Origin: Dehalococcoidia bacterium
GTDB taxonomy: Bacteria > Chloroflexota > Dehalococcoidia > Plut-88900
Length of the DNA: 64,000 bases
Direction of reading: 5' to 3'
NCBI GenBank assembly: GCA_965207225.1
Contig: CBDBLV010000004.1
Location: 544,001 to 608,000 of the forward strand
A program made the translations under genes and the position numbers. A model generated the notes under the pieces. That model made no database searches, had not been told where the DNA came from, and was given only the letters and a program-made list of their open reading frames with translations. This document shows positions 9,185 through 18,639 of the stretch, piece by piece; positions within the stretch are counted from its first letter, which is position 1; each line of letters begins with the position of its first letter.

Positions 9185-10314
9185 TCTCCTCCCCTGACGT
9201 AGTTATAGTCGGCGGCGGGATAATGGGCGGCTCCGTCGCCTATCATCTGGCCAAACTTGGCATAAGGCCCTTAATCCTCGAGCGGGAGTCCATAGGCTGC
9301 GAGGCGTCGGGCGTCGCAACAGGCATGATCTCCGTCATGTCCATCGACTCCCCGGGGCCCTACCTCGACCTCGCCAAGCTCTCCTTCGAGAAGTACAAGA
9401 CCCTCATCCCTGAGATGGAAGAGGCCTCCGGCGTCAACACTTTCTACGGCAACATCACCTGGCTTGACCTGGCCTTCGATGAAAACGACGAGGCGGACAA
9501 CCGCCATGCCATGGAGTGGCGCAAGACTCTCATGCCAAGGGTCTCCTGGGTTCAGCCCGACGACCTTATCCACATCGATTCCCGCATAACCCCTGAGGCC
9601 ATCAGCGGCCTCTACTTCGAAGACCTCAACCAGGCCGACGCCTACCGCCTCACCCTCGCCTACATCGGCGCCGCCGAATCCCTTGGAGTGGAAGTCCGGT
9701 ACACTGACGTCACTGGTCTGCAGAAGGACAGAGATAGGATCACCGGGGTATGTACTGCGGATGGCGTTATCCCCTGCGATGCCGTTGTCCTTGCAATGGG
9801 GGCCTGGACTGCAAACGCCTCCGACTGGATCGGGATCCCCATCCCCGTTCGCCCCTACAAGGGTCAGATGCTGGAGCTCCAGGCCCCCGGCCCGCCCCTC
9901 GGTGCCAACATCCACCACGGCCGCTCCTACGTCACCTCAAAGCTCAACGGCACTATCCTTTCCGGCAGCTACGACGGCTTCCAGGGCTACGACAAGTCCG
10001 TGTCCCAGGATGGTATCCAGCACGTGCTGGAAGGAGCACTAAAGGTCTGCCCGGCCATGGAGGAAGCCCACATTACCTGGCCCATCACGGGACTCCGACC
10101 CGCCACCCCCGACGAAGTACCAATCATCGGCCCGGTCCCGGGACTGGATGGCGCTTACATCTCCGCCGGCCACCAGCGCAAGGGTATCACTATGGCCGCC
10201 ATGACCGGAGAGATGATTGCCGACCTAGTGGCCGGCAACGATACCCGAATACCCGTGGAGCCCTTCTCCATCGCCCGCTTCGACGACATCCCGGACCCCT
10301 GGGCCGACTCCTAG
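9181..10314 (+). CDS. glycine oxidase ThiO-like FAD oxidoreductase (copy 2)
   Basis: GGGIMG, PYKGQ, GLRP, GHQRKGI; ATGA overlap with thiS stop. Confidence 0.8.
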   Translation: MISSPDVVIVGGGIMGGSVAYHLAKLGIRPLILERESIGCEASGVATGMISVMSIDSPGPYLDLAKLSFEKYKTLIPEMEEASGVNTFYGNITWLDLAFDENDEADNRHAMEWRKTLMPRVSWVQPDDLIHIDSRITPEAISGLYFEDLNQADAYRLTLAYIGAAESLGVEVRYTDVTGLQKDRDRITGVCTADGVIPCDAVVLAMGAWTANASDWIGIPIPVRPYKGQMLELQAPGPPLGANIHHGRSYVTSKLNGTILSGSYDGFQGYDKSVSQDGIQHVLEGALKVCPAMEEAHITWPITGLRPATPDEVPIIGPVPGLDGAYISAGHQRKGITMAAMTGEMIADLVAGNDTRIPVEPFSIARFDDIPDPWADS

Positions 10315-10363
10315 CCCTCCACTCCTGTACAATACCCCGACACCCTACCGGAGGCCCTCCACC

Positions 10364-11296
10364 ATGCTTATTGCGGGCAAAAAGACCAGGGTAGGCATCG
10401 CCGTACCCCAGATGTTTCCATACGGACCTGTCGACATGAATCTCGTTGCCGAGCACCTGGCTCTAGTCGAGTCTCTCGGATATGACAGCGTGTGGACGCA
10501 AGACTCGGTCCTCGGCACCATGGACACTCTCGATCCTTTTACACTACTCGCTTACGCTTCCACCGTCACCGAAAGGGTTGGGCTCGGTATCTCCGTCCTG
10601 GTTACACCCTTCCAGAACCCCATCCATCTCGCCAAGATTTCCGCCAGCCTCGACCAGCTGTCCAGGGGCCGGCTCATCCTCGGCGTAGGCATCGGTGGCC
10701 ACGAGGAGAAATACCCTGCCTTCGGCTTTGATGCCCGGCACCGGGTCACCCGCTTCGAACACACTCTTGAGCTTGTGAAACGCCTCTGGACCGAGACCTC
10801 CGTCACCTTCAAAGACCGATTCTGGAACCTCCGGAACGTCAGCATCAACCCTAAGCCTCTCCAGTCTCCCCGACCCCCCATCTGGTTTGGCGCTCACGCC
10901 GAGCCCGCATTGGAACGGGCCGTAAGAGTCGGCGACGGCTGGATGGGCGCCGGTTCTTCCTCGACCAATGCTTTCAAGCGCGCCATCGGACACATCCGCT
11001 CCTACATGGCGGAGGTGGGTCGGGATCCGACCACCTTCCCCCTCGGTAAGCGCGTTTACGTTGCAATTGACAACGACAAAGAAAGGGCCGCCCGACGCCT
11101 GGAAGAATGGTTCGACGGCTACTACCACGACGCTGAACGAGCCCGTGAGGTTGCAGTCTTCGGTTCCGAGGAAGAGGTGATTGACGGCCTGGGCCGGATC
11201 ATGGAGGAAGACCCCGACATGATTATGTTCAATCCCGTCTTTGACCTCATGGATCACGCCAAGCGTATCGCCGCCGACATTGTGCCCAAGCTTTAA
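10364..11296 (+). CDS. LLM-class flavin (possibly F420)-dependent oxidoreductase
   Basis: GYDSVW, ASLDQLSRGRLILGVGIG, PKPLQSPRPPIWFG. Confidence 0.9.
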   Translation: MLIAGKKTRVGIAVPQMFPYGPVDMNLVAEHLALVESLGYDSVWTQDSVLGTMDTLDPFTLLAYASTVTERVGLGISVLVTPFQNPIHLAKISASLDQLSRGRLILGVGIGGHEEKYPAFGFDARHRVTRFEHTLELVKRLWTETSVTFKDRFWNLRNVSINPKPLQSPRPPIWFGAHAEPALERAVRVGDGWMGAGSSSTNAFKRAIGHIRSYMAEVGRDPTTFPLGKRVYVAIDNDKERAARRLEEWFDGYYHDAERAREVAVFGSEEEVIDGLGRIMEEDPDMIMFNPVFDLMDHAKRIAADIVPKL

Positions 11297-11304
11297 GCCG
11301 ATTC

Positions 11305-12342
11305 ATGCGCATCATCGACTTCCGCAGCGACACTGTAACCCACCCCACCCCCGAGATGTACCAGGCCATGCTCAACGCCGAGCTTGGTGATGATGAATAC
11401 GGCGACGACCCCACCGTAAACCGACTTGAATCCCTCGCCGCCGAAAAGCTCGGCAAGGAGGCTGCCCTTTTCACTGTCTCCGGCACCATGAGCAACCTCG
11501 TCGCCATCCTCACCCACTGCCGCAGGGGTGACGAGCTTCTCGTCGGCGACAAGTCCCACATATTCCTGGAGGAAGGAGGTGGAGCTTCCGCCCTGGGCGG
11601 CGTCCATCTCCAGACCCTCTCCAACGACGACCACGGTATGCTCGACCCCCAACTTGTCCAGGAAGCCATCCGCCCCGACGACCCCCACGACCCCCGCACC
11701 GGCCTCATTGCCCTGGAAAACACCCATACTTTCTGCGGAGGATCGGTCCTTACACAGGACGACATAGCCTCTGTGTCGTCCGTCGCCCACGAGCACGACC
11801 TCCCTCTACACGTAGACGGGGCCCGCATCTTCAATGCCGCCGTCTATCTGGAGACCCCAGTTTCGGAACTCGTCAAGGACGCCGACTCGGTGAGCTTCTG
11901 CCTCTCCAAGGGCCTCAGCTGTCCCATAGGCTCCATGCTCTGCGGCTCCGCCGACTTCATCAACCGCGCACGCTACTGGCGCGAGACTGTAGGCGGTGGC
12001 CTCAGGCAGGTCGGGATCATAGCTGCCGCGGGTATCGTGGGTCTGGAGAGCATGGTGGACCGCCTCGCCGAGGACCACGCCAACGCCCGACGCCTCGCCC
12101 TCGGCCTCAGCCAGATCCCCGGCATCGAAATCGAACCTGACCGCTACCCCACCAACCAGGTCTACTTCGACGTCACCGCCGGCCCTCCTGCCGACATTGC
12201 AGCCAAACTAGACAGCTCGGGCATCAAGGGCGGCACCGGTGACAAGAACTGGAGATTCGTCACTCACTACGGCCTCGGCTCCGAGGATATTGACTACGCT
12301 CTGGACATAGTCGAATCCCTCTTCCGGGAATACGCTTCCTAA
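11305..12342 (+). CDS. ltaE: low-specificity L-threonine aldolase
   Basis: IDFRSDTVT, HVDGARIFNA, FCLSKGL. Confidence 0.92.
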   Translation: MRIIDFRSDTVTHPTPEMYQAMLNAELGDDEYGDDPTVNRLESLAAEKLGKEAALFTVSGTMSNLVAILTHCRRGDELLVGDKSHIFLEEGGGASALGGVHLQTLSNDDHGMLDPQLVQEAIRPDDPHDPRTGLIALENTHTFCGGSVLTQDDIASVSSVAHEHDLPLHVDGARIFNAAVYLETPVSELVKDADSVSFCLSKGLSCPIGSMLCGSADFINRARYWRETVGGGLRQVGIIAAAGIVGLESMVDRLAEDHANARRLALGLSQIPGIEIEPDRYPTNQVYFDVTAGPPADIAAKLDSSGIKGGTGDKNWRFVTHYGLGSEDIDYALDIVESLFREYAS

Positions 12343-12701
12343 CCCTGCAATAAACAAAGTTCGTTGCCGTCCGGGTCCTCCACGACCGTCCAGCCCTCCC
12401 CGTCCTCTAGGAATGCCGCCAGCCTTCTGCCTCCCAACTCCTCCACCCGCGCCAGCGACCATTCCATATCCTTCACCGTCACATCCAGGTGCACCCTGGT
12501 CTTGCTCGTCTTCTCCTCCGGCACTTTTTGCAGATACACGGTCAACTCGCCCGGTAAGGGTTCGAAGTTCAGGTAGTTGTCATGTGCAGCGAAGCGCTTG
12601 ACCCCCAGCAACGCTGAATAGAAAGCCTCCGCCCTACCCAGGTCTGATACATCTATCCCCACCTGCGTCAAGATTCCTATCGCCTGGCTCTGTTCTGTCA
12701 T
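12339..12701 (-). CDS. VOC/glyoxalase family protein
   Basis: KTRVHLD, DPDGNELC. Confidence 0.85.
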   Translation of the reverse strand: MTEQSQAIGILTQVGIDVSDLGRAEAFYSALLGVKRFAAHDNYLNFEPLPGELTVYLQKVPEEKTSKTRVHLDVTVKDMEWSLARVEELGGRRLAAFLEDGEGWTVVEDPDGNELCLLQG

Positions 12702-12738
12702 CGGTTCAACTCCTGGTGATTCTGCACTTTTGAAGGTT

Positions 12739-13131
12739 TTAGCAGTTTACTGGCACGGCATCCAGGTCAAAGTTCAGCAGGCAGAATTCGTTCCCGTCAG
12801 GATCGGCAAACACGGCGAGCCCGTCGGTCGGTTCTCCGTATTCTTCGACCAGCAACCTGGCACCGAGCGCCTGGACCTTTGGCACCGTCGCCTTGACGTC
12901 GGATACCGTCAGGTCTACATGCACCCGAGTCTTGCTCGTCTTCTTATCCGGCACCTGCTGCAGAAAGACGATCATTCCGTTAGGAAGCGGCTCCAAGGCT
13001 ACATATTCGTCCCACGCCCTATACCTCTTGACTCCCAGCAACGCTGAATAAAACTCCTCCGCCCGGCCCAAGTCCGAAACGTCTATCCCCACGTGCGTGA
13101 GCGCCGCAATTGCCTCAGCTTGCTCCGCCAT
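12739..13131 (-). CDS. VOC/glyoxalase family protein (paralog of neighbour)
   Basis: KTRVHVD, DPDGNEFC; start aligned to paralog. Confidence 0.85.
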   Translation of the reverse strand: MAEQAEAIAALTHVGIDVSDLGRAEEFYSALLGVKRYRAWDEYVALEPLPNGMIVFLQQVPDKKTSKTRVHVDLTVSDVKATVPKVQALGARLLVEEYGEPTDGLAVFADPDGNEFCLLNFDLDAVPVNC

Positions 13132-13257
13132 AGCCAATACTCCAAACGTCAAATTCGAATTGGTCATTCCGCGCAGGGGCGACCCATTGTTAGTTGCCCA
13201 GGCCGGTTCGATAGTTGGCGATCCTATGCAACCACCGGGCGCATAAGCGTTGCTTTC

Positions 13258-13968
13258 CTAGTACGCCGCCATAATCAGCTGCATCCCTGGCCGCAGCCGT
13301 ACCCTCCACTTCCTCTCCAGATCATCACTCCACTCTGGATCCAGCTTGCTCGCCGCTTCGCAGATGCTATCCAGCCACAGCTCGTACAGCCTCGGGTGTA
13401 TGTCTCTCCACGCCCGACTGTGTATCCGACCCAAGTTGTTCATCATGTCCCGCATCCCCGGGTCTGTCACGTCGTTAGCCACCATCATGTAGACCGACTG
13501 CCGAAGCACTTTCCTCTGCCTCTCGAAGTTGGTCGCAGAGAAATACGGGGCGATCTCCGGCGAAGAGTTCAGGAAAATTCCATAGAACGTCTCCGCAAAG
13601 TTGCCGTTCTCCTCGCACCTGTCGAAGCTACTTCTGACATCCTCATCCGCAAACCCACCCGGCGCCGCTCCAGACTCCCCCACTCCCTTTTCGCGGAAAA
13701 GGTCTAGCCGACAGCTCACCGGCCCATCTGCGGCCACCCGATGCGGTACTTCCGGGTGAATCGTAACTAGTTCCGGCGCCTCGATTGTCCGCTCTTCCCC
13801 ACTCGCAATATCAACAAATTTCAAGCTGCCCTCAAAAACGTGCAGAACGCCCCAGTGCCCCGACGCCAGCTTATGCTCCTTCTTGAGCGCTTCCGGTATC
13901 ATGTCCTGCGTGAATACGTGCGAGCCACTGCTCGGGATAAGGTCTGTGGGTATGCGGTCAACGGCCAT
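13258..13968 (-). CDS. YeaR/TehB-type cupin (DUF1971-like) fused to a single-domain globin
   Basis: N-term FTQDMIPEAL..H...GHWGVLHVFEGSL...PHRV; C-term FAETFY..F...F..Q...LGRIHS globin pattern. Confidence 0.75.
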   Translation of the reverse strand: MAVDRIPTDLIPSSGSHVFTQDMIPEALKKEHKLASGHWGVLHVFEGSLKFVDIASGEERTIEAPELVTIHPEVPHRVAADGPVSCRLDLFREKGVGESGAAPGGFADEDVRSSFDRCEENGNFAETFYGIFLNSSPEIAPYFSATNFERQRKVLRQSVYMMVANDVTDPGMRDMMNNLGRIHSRAWRDIHPRLYELWLDSICEAASKLDPEWSDDLERKWRVRLRPGMQLIMAAY

Positions 13969-14158
13969 TCAAACTCTCCTTAAGGGCGCAATGCGTGGCC
14001 CCGATTATAGGTGCGACACATCCCTTCTTCAACCGCAATACCTCCTTCAGTACCTTGGACACGACACAATGCACTCCCTCGCTTGCGCCCTTGACCTTCC
14101 GGTGGGAAACTTAATATTCGGCGATGGTTTCCTGCTACGTCGCCTATACCCGATCTGT

Positions 14159-14243
14159 GCGGAAGTGTCGGAACCGGTAGACGAGCATGACTTAGGATCA
14201 TGTGCCTTCGGGCGTGTGGGTTCGAGTCCCACCTTCCGCACCA
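14159..14243 (+). tRNA. tRNA-Leu (anticodon TAG)
   Basis: acceptor GCGGAAG/CTTCCGC, anticodon arm CATGA-CTTAGGA-TCATG, long variable arm, GGTTCGAGTCC T-arm, encoded CCA. Confidence 0.96.
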
Positions 14244-14251
14244 CCCCAACT

Positions 14252-14731
14252 ATGCCCCGTCGACGAAACACCCAAACACAAGAACTGGACCTCCACGGCC
14301 TCTCCTGGCCCGAGGCCCGAAGGCAGTTCATCGACTTCTATAACAACGCCTTAGCTTCTGGCAAGAGACGAACCCGGCTGGAGATTATTCACGGATGGGG
14401 AGCGTCTGGGCAGGGTGGCGTCCTGCGCAATCGGTTGAGACGATTCCTGGTCGGCTGCCGAGACAGCCTTGAATTCACCCCCGGTGAAGACGCCGACGGC
14501 AACAGAGGCTGCACCTACGTCACCCCCCTCGAACCTCTCCCGGACGCCAATAACACCCTCGCCGAAGCGATCTGGGACTTCTGTCGGCGCCCCCGCGCCA
14601 TGAGCAAGGTAGCCGGCCAGTTCCGCCGCCACGGCGATCCCCAGGTGTTGGCCGCAGTCCGTTACCTCAAGAAACAGGGCCGTCTCATTGAGACCCAAAA
14701 AGGCAGCGCAGCTCTCCTCGAAGCGCGCTAA
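14252..14731 (+). CDS. Smr/MutS2-type nuclease domain protein with C-terminal extension
   Basis: LDLHG, IIHGWG, GVLR, NRGCT motifs; start placed after the tRNA. Confidence 0.8.
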   Translation: MPRRRNTQTQELDLHGLSWPEARRQFIDFYNNALASGKRRTRLEIIHGWGASGQGGVLRNRLRRFLVGCRDSLEFTPGEDADGNRGCTYVTPLEPLPDANNTLAEAIWDFCRRPRAMSKVAGQFRRHGDPQVLAAVRYLKKQGRLIETQKGSAALLEAR

Positions 14732-14742
14732 CCCTTTCGGAT

Positions 14743-15150
14743 CTATCTTAACTTGCTGACGGCATCCGCCGGGCTGACGGCTGGTATGGGAGACTGCTTG
14801 TAGTCCTTCAGGTTCCTTGTGACTATCATCGTTGCTCCGCACGCCCGGGCTGCTGCGACCTGCAGGGCATCTTCGAAATCCCTCATTGGGAGCGAGGCGG
14901 CGTACCTGACTCCTTCAGTATCAGTCTTGGCAACATCTACTATGTGGGTCAGGTCCACAATGAAGTCCAGGATGCTGAAACCTTTATGTCTTGAGGAGAC
15001 TAGGTAGTACAGGCTGGAAACGCTGTGCCAGGCTATGGAGGCCCTTTCATAGCCCAGCTCCACAAGGTCCAGAACTTTGGCGGATGCTTCTGCGAAGGGC
15101 TGCTGGTCCAGGGCCACATCGACCAATACGTCGGTATCTATGAGGATCAT
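14743..15150 (-). CDS. PIN-domain (VapC-like) toxin
   Basis: ILIDTDVLVD, DFEDALQ, IVTRNLKDY. Confidence 0.9.
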   Translation of the reverse strand: MILIDTDVLVDVALDQQPFAEASAKVLDLVELGYERASIAWHSVSSLYYLVSSRHKGFSILDFIVDLTHIVDVAKTDTEGVRYAASLPMRDFEDALQVAAARACGATMIVTRNLKDYKQSPIPAVSPADAVSKLR

Positions 15151-15371
15151 TTAAGGTATTTTCGGGCCAGGGCCTCATATCGCGGGTCGTCGCCTTCGGC
15201 TGGCCTGAACCGCCCTCTCCACTTCGATGACAATGTCGGCTCGTATTTGACGGCGGCTTCCCTCAATTTCCTCTCTACGAGGGAGGATAGGGATTCCCCT
15301 TTGGAGTAGGCGAATTTCTTGGCCTTCGGTATTAGTTCTTCGTCAACTGTTATTGTGAGTTTCTTTTTCAT
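15147..15371 (-). CDS. RHH-type antitoxin (DUF6364-like)
   Basis: MKKKLTITVDEELI..AK..A...G.SLS.LVE; 4-nt overlap with the PIN gene. Confidence 0.82.
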   Translation of the reverse strand: MKKKLTITVDEELIPKAKKFAYSKGESLSSLVERKLREAAVKYEPTLSSKWRGRFRPAEGDDPRYEALARKYLK

Positions 15372-15465
15372 GGCTCGCATTCCTTACGTGTGCCGTATAC
15401 GTGTATTATATTACCGTATACTCCCCTTTTCAACCCCTCGTCCGTTTTCGTTTTCCCCCGAGCCT

Positions 15466-16299
15466 TTACCCGTCCTTTTTCACCCGTATGCCGCCAAATC
15501 TTTCTGCTCTCCACTCCAGGGCAGCTCTTAGCCCTTTCTCATCAATCATGTCAAGAAATTCCCGCACTTGGGGAGCGAGGTGCGTGAAGGCAGAGTTCTC
15601 TGTCGCCAGCCTCTGTGAGGCAGCGTACCCCATGTTGTCCAGCACTTTGTTGACCAGCGATTTGTTCGGCTCCAGCAGATCAAGTGGTTGCAGCGCCAGC
15701 TTCTGTGCCAGTTTGTCCACTTCGGCCTCAAGGTCTTCCTCCGGCACTGACTTGAACGTGAGCCCAATCCTCTCCGCCGTTTTCCCATCAATGTTATCCC
15801 CCGTCAACAAGACGTACTTCGCCCATTGCGGCCCGACCAGATATGTCCACGCGTGCCTGAGCACGCTCTGCATGCCCTTGACATCCGGACACCCTATCTG
15901 CGCGTCCTCTGCCGCTATGATGAAGTCGCATGTCAGGAACAAGTCCGTGGCCCCGGCCAGGAAATAGCCATGCACCTGCACAATCGTAGGTTTGCTTATC
16001 CCTCGAATCATGTCGGCGGTCTCAGTCCAGATTTTGGTTACTTTCTTGTAATCGTAGGCATTCTTGGCATCTCCGGAACGATCTGTCTGGTCGGGTGCTA
16101 GGTCTGCCCCCGCCGTGAAGGCCCTTCCATTCCCTTTTATCACAATCACCGTCACATCGCGGGCATCGTCCATGTCCTTCAGCGCATCGAAAATCTCCCT
16201 GACGAACGGCTTGTTTAGCGCGTTCAGTTTCTTGGGACGGTTCAATATTAGGTACCCTATGTTGCCTTTCCTTTCGGTCAGCACGTATTCGTAAGCCAC
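15466..16299 (-). CDS. enoyl-CoA hydratase/isomerase family protein
   Basis: LNRPKKLNAL, GRAFTAGADL, KPTIVQVHG. Confidence 0.9.
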   Translation of the reverse strand: MAYEYVLTERKGNIGYLILNRPKKLNALNKPFVREIFDALKDMDDARDVTVIVIKGNGRAFTAGADLAPDQTDRSGDAKNAYDYKKVTKIWTETADMIRGISKPTIVQVHGYFLAGATDLFLTCDFIIAAEDAQIGCPDVKGMQSVLRHAWTYLVGPQWAKYVLLTGDNIDGKTAERIGLTFKSVPEEDLEAEVDKLAQKLALQPLDLLEPNKSLVNKVLDNMGYAASQRLATENSAFTHLAPQVREFLDMIDEKGLRAALEWRAERFGGIRVKKDG

Positions 16300-16350
16300 G
16301 TTTTCCTCCGTTGCCTGTTTTCACCTGCGCCTGACTATGTCCGACGTCTA

Positions 16351-17502
16351 CTATTGGCCATTCTCTTTCCGGAATCTCGGCACGACCTCCGTGCCGAACA
16401 ATTCGATACTTTCCATGTACTGGTCGAATTCAATGAACGGTATGCTAGGAAATATCTGGAAATGCTGGAAGTTGATCTCCCTGTTCAACCTGTCCAGCTG
16501 CTCTGCGAGATGGTCCGGCGTCCCGATCATGATGACGTTGTGTTTCCACAGGAAGTCAAACCAGTCGCAGTTCAGATCGTCATTAGTGAGTTCTTCGTTG
16601 GACCCCAGCAGGCCCTGCCGCACCCGACCCATGTGCGCCTCTATGTTTCCATAAAGATCATTGATGCCCGGCCTCGCTACTTCAAACGCCTCTTCCATGG
16701 TCTTCGCGCAGAACGTCATATACTGGATGGATGTCTTCTCACCCAGTGGCAGACCCTTGCAAGCACTTTCGGTGCCCCTCTTGTACGCTTCGAAGCCCTC
16801 CCTGACCCCTTCCAAGGACCTGGCCGACCCCATGCCAAAGAGCCCCCTGGCCCCGGCCACTTCCCACGAACGGTTGCTGGTCACCATCTGAGTGATTGGA
16901 GGATGGGGCTTCTGGTACGGCTTCGGCAACACCGATACTTTGACCAACTCCCCGTCAGGCGTATAGTGTGGCGGCTCCAGGGGTACGCCGGGATCCGTCT
17001 CCATCCAGCCCGGTAGGGGGATTGTATAAAACCTTCCTTTATGGCTGAAAGCGTCCTCAGTCCATGCCTTGATAATGATGTCCAGGGACTCCGTGAACAA
17101 GGCATAGTTCTTCTCGTTGTCCCGGCGGTCAGCCTCCGGGTTCAACTGAGCGCCCCATCGGCTATTGAACCCTCTCCCTATGCCGAACTCCGCCCTACCC
17201 TTCGTCATATGGTCCAGGGTGGCGATGTCCTCCGCCACCCTGATCGGGTGCCAATCACATATGGATGTAGGGCTCTGTCCAACTTTCAATGTCTTGGTAT
17301 GAAGGGCAATGTCCAGTCCCGTCATAATCGGATTCGTTGCGGTGGAGAAGAACCCATCGTGCCAAAGGTGGTGCTCCGCCACCCACGCGGTTTCAAACCC
17401 GAGAGCCTCCAGCGCCCGACCGTATTCCCGATATTCGTCTACCTGGATATGCCATGGAATCACCTTCTTGGTATGCCAGTAAATTGAGCTGTCGAATCTC
17501 AT
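16351..17502 (-). CDS. LLM-class flavin-dependent oxidoreductase
   Basis: WVAEHH, PIRVAEDIATLDHMTKGR, PKPYQKPHPPI. Confidence 0.9.
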   Translation of the reverse strand: MRFDSSIYWHTKKVIPWHIQVDEYREYGRALEALGFETAWVAEHHLWHDGFFSTATNPIMTGLDIALHTKTLKVGQSPTSICDWHPIRVAEDIATLDHMTKGRAEFGIGRGFNSRWGAQLNPEADRRDNEKNYALFTESLDIIIKAWTEDAFSHKGRFYTIPLPGWMETDPGVPLEPPHYTPDGELVKVSVLPKPYQKPHPPITQMVTSNRSWEVAGARGLFGMGSARSLEGVREGFEAYKRGTESACKGLPLGEKTSIQYMTFCAKTMEEAFEVARPGINDLYGNIEAHMGRVRQGLLGSNEELTNDDLNCDWFDFLWKHNVIMIGTPDHLAEQLDRLNREINFQHFQIFPSIPFIEFDQYMESIELFGTEVVPRFRKENGQ

Positions 17503-17562
17503 CCGGGTCCTCTTCTTTGAATCTCTTAAGTGCCCACCGAAGGCTCAGGTGCGTCAGTGGAT

Positions 17563-18639
17563 TTACAAATCAGCTGCCGCTGGCTCCGCAAATGTTAACG
17601 CGCGTTTCGGGTTGTCTACCAGTATCCTCTGGATATCTTCTTCCTTAAATCCCTTGGCCCGCATCCTGGGGACCATGTATTCAAGAAAATAACAGTATCC
17701 TTGGCCCCCGTACTTTACCAGTTGGCTCTTCCTTGCTATGTCATGGGAGACCAAAAGCTGACCCCCGTGCCCCTCGCCTGTCAGCCACAACATCATGCTC
17801 AGCCGGTGAGCATCATTCATTATGTCTATATGAGGTGCCGACGGAAAATACGATGCCTCCTCTCCAAAGAAGTCGTACTCCAAGAAACATCCTGTCTCCG
17901 CCAGTTTCTTCAGTATCCTCTTGTCGAATACAGTCCGATCCAGGTGACCGATGATCACCCGAAAAAGGTTTGCCTCGGCTTCCTGAAGCACTTCCATGAT
18001 CTCTCCCGGAGCATTCTGATCTCTTCCTGGGTGTATCAAGATCGACGCTCCCGTAACCCTCTGCGCCCGAGCCGTAGCCCTTAACACCTTCCGTTCATTA
18101 GGCAGCAATGGCCAGGAACACCCGACCTCTCCCATTATCCCAGCCTTTACGCCCGTCCTGCCCACCCCTCTCATCACATCCCCGGCTATCTGCTCGGCGA
18201 GCGAGTCTTCACTCCTGTCATCCATATCGGGGGGATGCGTAGCACCGACATAGAAGGAGGAACCCATGATCACGTGCACCCCAGTGGCCCGGGAAATACG
18301 AGCCAGACCAACCGGGTCCCGACCGATACCAATGTTCGTAGCATCCACCAACGTCGAGCCGCCATACTGCTTGTACAACCCCACCTCAGCGATGATCGTC
18401 GATATGTCATCTAGCTTGGAATTGTCCTTGTTGTCTCCCTGCCCGTGATAAAGCCGACCCAGATCCTCCATGCTCACAGGAGCTTCGTATAGCCACCTCA
18501 GGCTTGCTCCCTGTGGCTCTTGTGATACCCCATCGAAAGACGACAACAGATGCTCATGGGTCATGGTCACCCCCAGCTCTTCCGGCTCTATCGGCCCGAG
18601 CACCGTCTGAACCTTTCCTGCGAGGCTCACTCCGTTCAT
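17563..18639 (-). CDS. phosphotriesterase-related (PTER-like) amidohydrolase
   Basis: THEH, GEVGCS, IHPGR, GHLDR, SHDI metal-ligand motifs. Confidence 0.9.
   Translation of the reverse strand: MNGVSLAGKVQTVLGPIEPEELGVTMTHEHLLSSFDGVSQEPQGASLRWLYEAPVSMEDLGRLYHGQGDNKDNSKLDDISTIIAEVGLYKQYGGSTLVDATNIGIGRDPVGLARISRATGVHVIMGSSFYVGATHPPDMDDRSEDSLAEQIAGDVMRGVGRTGVKAGIMGEVGCSWPLLPNERKVLRATARAQRVTGASILIHPGRDQNAPGEIMEVLQEAEANLFRVIIGHLDRTVFDKRILKKLAETGCFLEYDFFGEEASYFPSAPHIDIMNDAHRLSMMLWLTGEGHGGQLLVSHDIARKSQLVKYGGQGYCYFLEYMVPRMRAKGFKEEDIQRILVDNPKRALTFAEPAAADL

Noticed and set aside
9170-9190. Frameshifted ThiS-ThiO fusion
   Set aside because: The ATGA overlap is ordinary translational coupling, there is no slippery sequence, and the second oxidase has a complete N-terminus.
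13883-14251. N-terminal extensions in the ORF track (Smr from 13883; also starts at 6810, 29660, 48499, 53438)
   Set aside because: They overlap the tRNA, riboswitch or neighbouring genes, or lack an RBS; downstream starts fit the domain boundaries better.
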